DNA of 63,176 bases, the filler included, from Octopus bimaculoides (Eukaryota): the NCBI RefSeq assembly GCF_001194135.2. It is 7 parts of 6 records of this genome, joined end to end, with 100 filler letters (N's around TTAATTAATTAA, not from the genome) between each part and the next. Parts side by side here need not be neighbours in the genome. Positions count along the whole stretch, not along the records: positions 60,757 to 63,176 come from NW_026313564.1; 6 more parts are not named here. One strand, given 5' to 3'. Positions within the stretch are counted from its first letter, which is position 1. Each line of letters begins with the position of its first letter. The translations under genes and the position numbers were made by a program. The notes beneath the pieces are model-generated. The model was not told where the DNA came from, made no database searches, and saw only the letters and a list, made by a program, of their open reading frames with translations. Of this stretch, positions 61,976 to 63,176 are shown one piece after another.

Positions 61976-62139
61976 GTTTCACGTCATGAATGTTGCAACA
62001 TAAACTCATAAATGTATTCAATAAATATCTTCAAGGTATATTTTATATTAAACTAGATTTGAAATATCAAAATTATATTGACACAATCATGATTAAAGCT
62101 CAACACAGTGGCATCAGTAACAGAGACAGAACAAGGCAG

Positions 62140-62462
62140 TAAGCAGGCAGAAGCATTATCCTGATGAGCAAAATGCTTGGTGGTATTTCATCTGCCTTTA
62201 CATTCTGAGTTCAAATCCTGCTGGGGTCGACTTTGCCTTTCAACCGTTTGGGGTTGATAAAATAAGTACCAGTTGGGCACTGGGGTCGATGGGATAAGTT
62301 GATTACATTGACCCCAATAATCATCTGGTACTTATTTTATCAACCTTATAAAGATTAAAGGTAGTGTTGAACTTGGCGAAATTCAAACTCAGAAGGTAAG
62401 GACGGACAAATGAAGTGCTGCTAAGCATTTTGTGCAATGTGCTAACAATTTTCCCTGCTCAC
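62140..62462. mobile_element. Tail-to-tail inverted pair of SINE family A
   Basis: Plus copy ~62140-62292, minus copy ~62297-62462, almost no spacer. Confidence 0.8.
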
Positions 62463-62600
62463 CACATTAATAACAATAACAACAACAACAACGATGATGA
62501 TGATGATGATATTAATTATAATAATGAACATTCTTGGTATATTATATACAAAGAAATACATAAGAGATATTTAACAAGGGACATATATATATATAGATAT

Positions 62601-62631
<31 letters not shown>

Positions 62632-63176
62632 GGGATATTAGTGATCTGATAAAGTTCATTAAAGCTAAAGATAGATAAAGATTTAATTAGTGAATAATAA
62701 CACAGACATACAATACTAACACCCGGTTGTAATATCAATCAATGTTTTCCAACAGTATATATATAGATATAGATATATATATCTAGTGTAAACTATATCA
62801 TACCAATATAAAACATACCGTAGCAATATATATATAGTTTAATATCTCATCAATAAGGAGTCTTTTGAGATTCTGACATTAAAAGATGTAATCCAGTTTG
62901 AAGTAATTGTATTATAATGACTACTGCAGGTGTTGTTGTTGTTGTTGTTGTTAATGGTGGAAGTGATGGCTAGATCTCTCGATCCTCCACTGTCCCAGTC
63001 CCTGTGTATATATATATACAACATGGCAGACATTTTAGATATTATCCTTACCTTGTCTTTCATTAGAAACACATATTAAACAAATGTTATAATGAATATG
63101 AAAAGATAAGAACCAAAGAGAAGAAGAGAGAGACTGACCTGCATTGTTTAATCCTTCACTGTAGTTGTGTGTGATG

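Overview
AT-rich, gap-ridden eukaryotic scaffold (roughly 15-20% N). The SINE families and microsatellite load look like an octopus or other coleoid cephalopod genome; this is inferred from recalled repeat families, not from a search. I could not identify any intact host protein-coding gene. The recognisable coding remnants all come from mobile elements: Penelope-like elements (RT and GIY-YIG), RTE/BovB-like, L1/Tx1-like and R4/Dong-like (RLE) LINEs, three Tc1/mariner-superfamily elements and a Helitron derivative. Three abundant SINE families and a degenerate ~120-bp tandem array are also present. The most notable unexplained signal is a set of about ten hammerhead-ribozyme-like motifs (CUGANGA - stem II - GAAA - minimal stem III - NUH - stem I) in at least three sequence families. 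Several sit in inverted, outward-reading or fold-back arrangements (5.0-5.65 kb, 7.0-7.7 kb, 47.85-48.5 kb, 61.7-62.0 kb) and one lies next to a Penelope RT fragment (2.66-2.77 kb). Weaker leads are a cysteine-spaced CHH/ITP-like short ORF and splice-site-bounded candidate exons near 14.3-14.9, 17.8 and 21.65 kb. All folds and alignments were done by eye, and coordinates of degenerate repeats are approximate.
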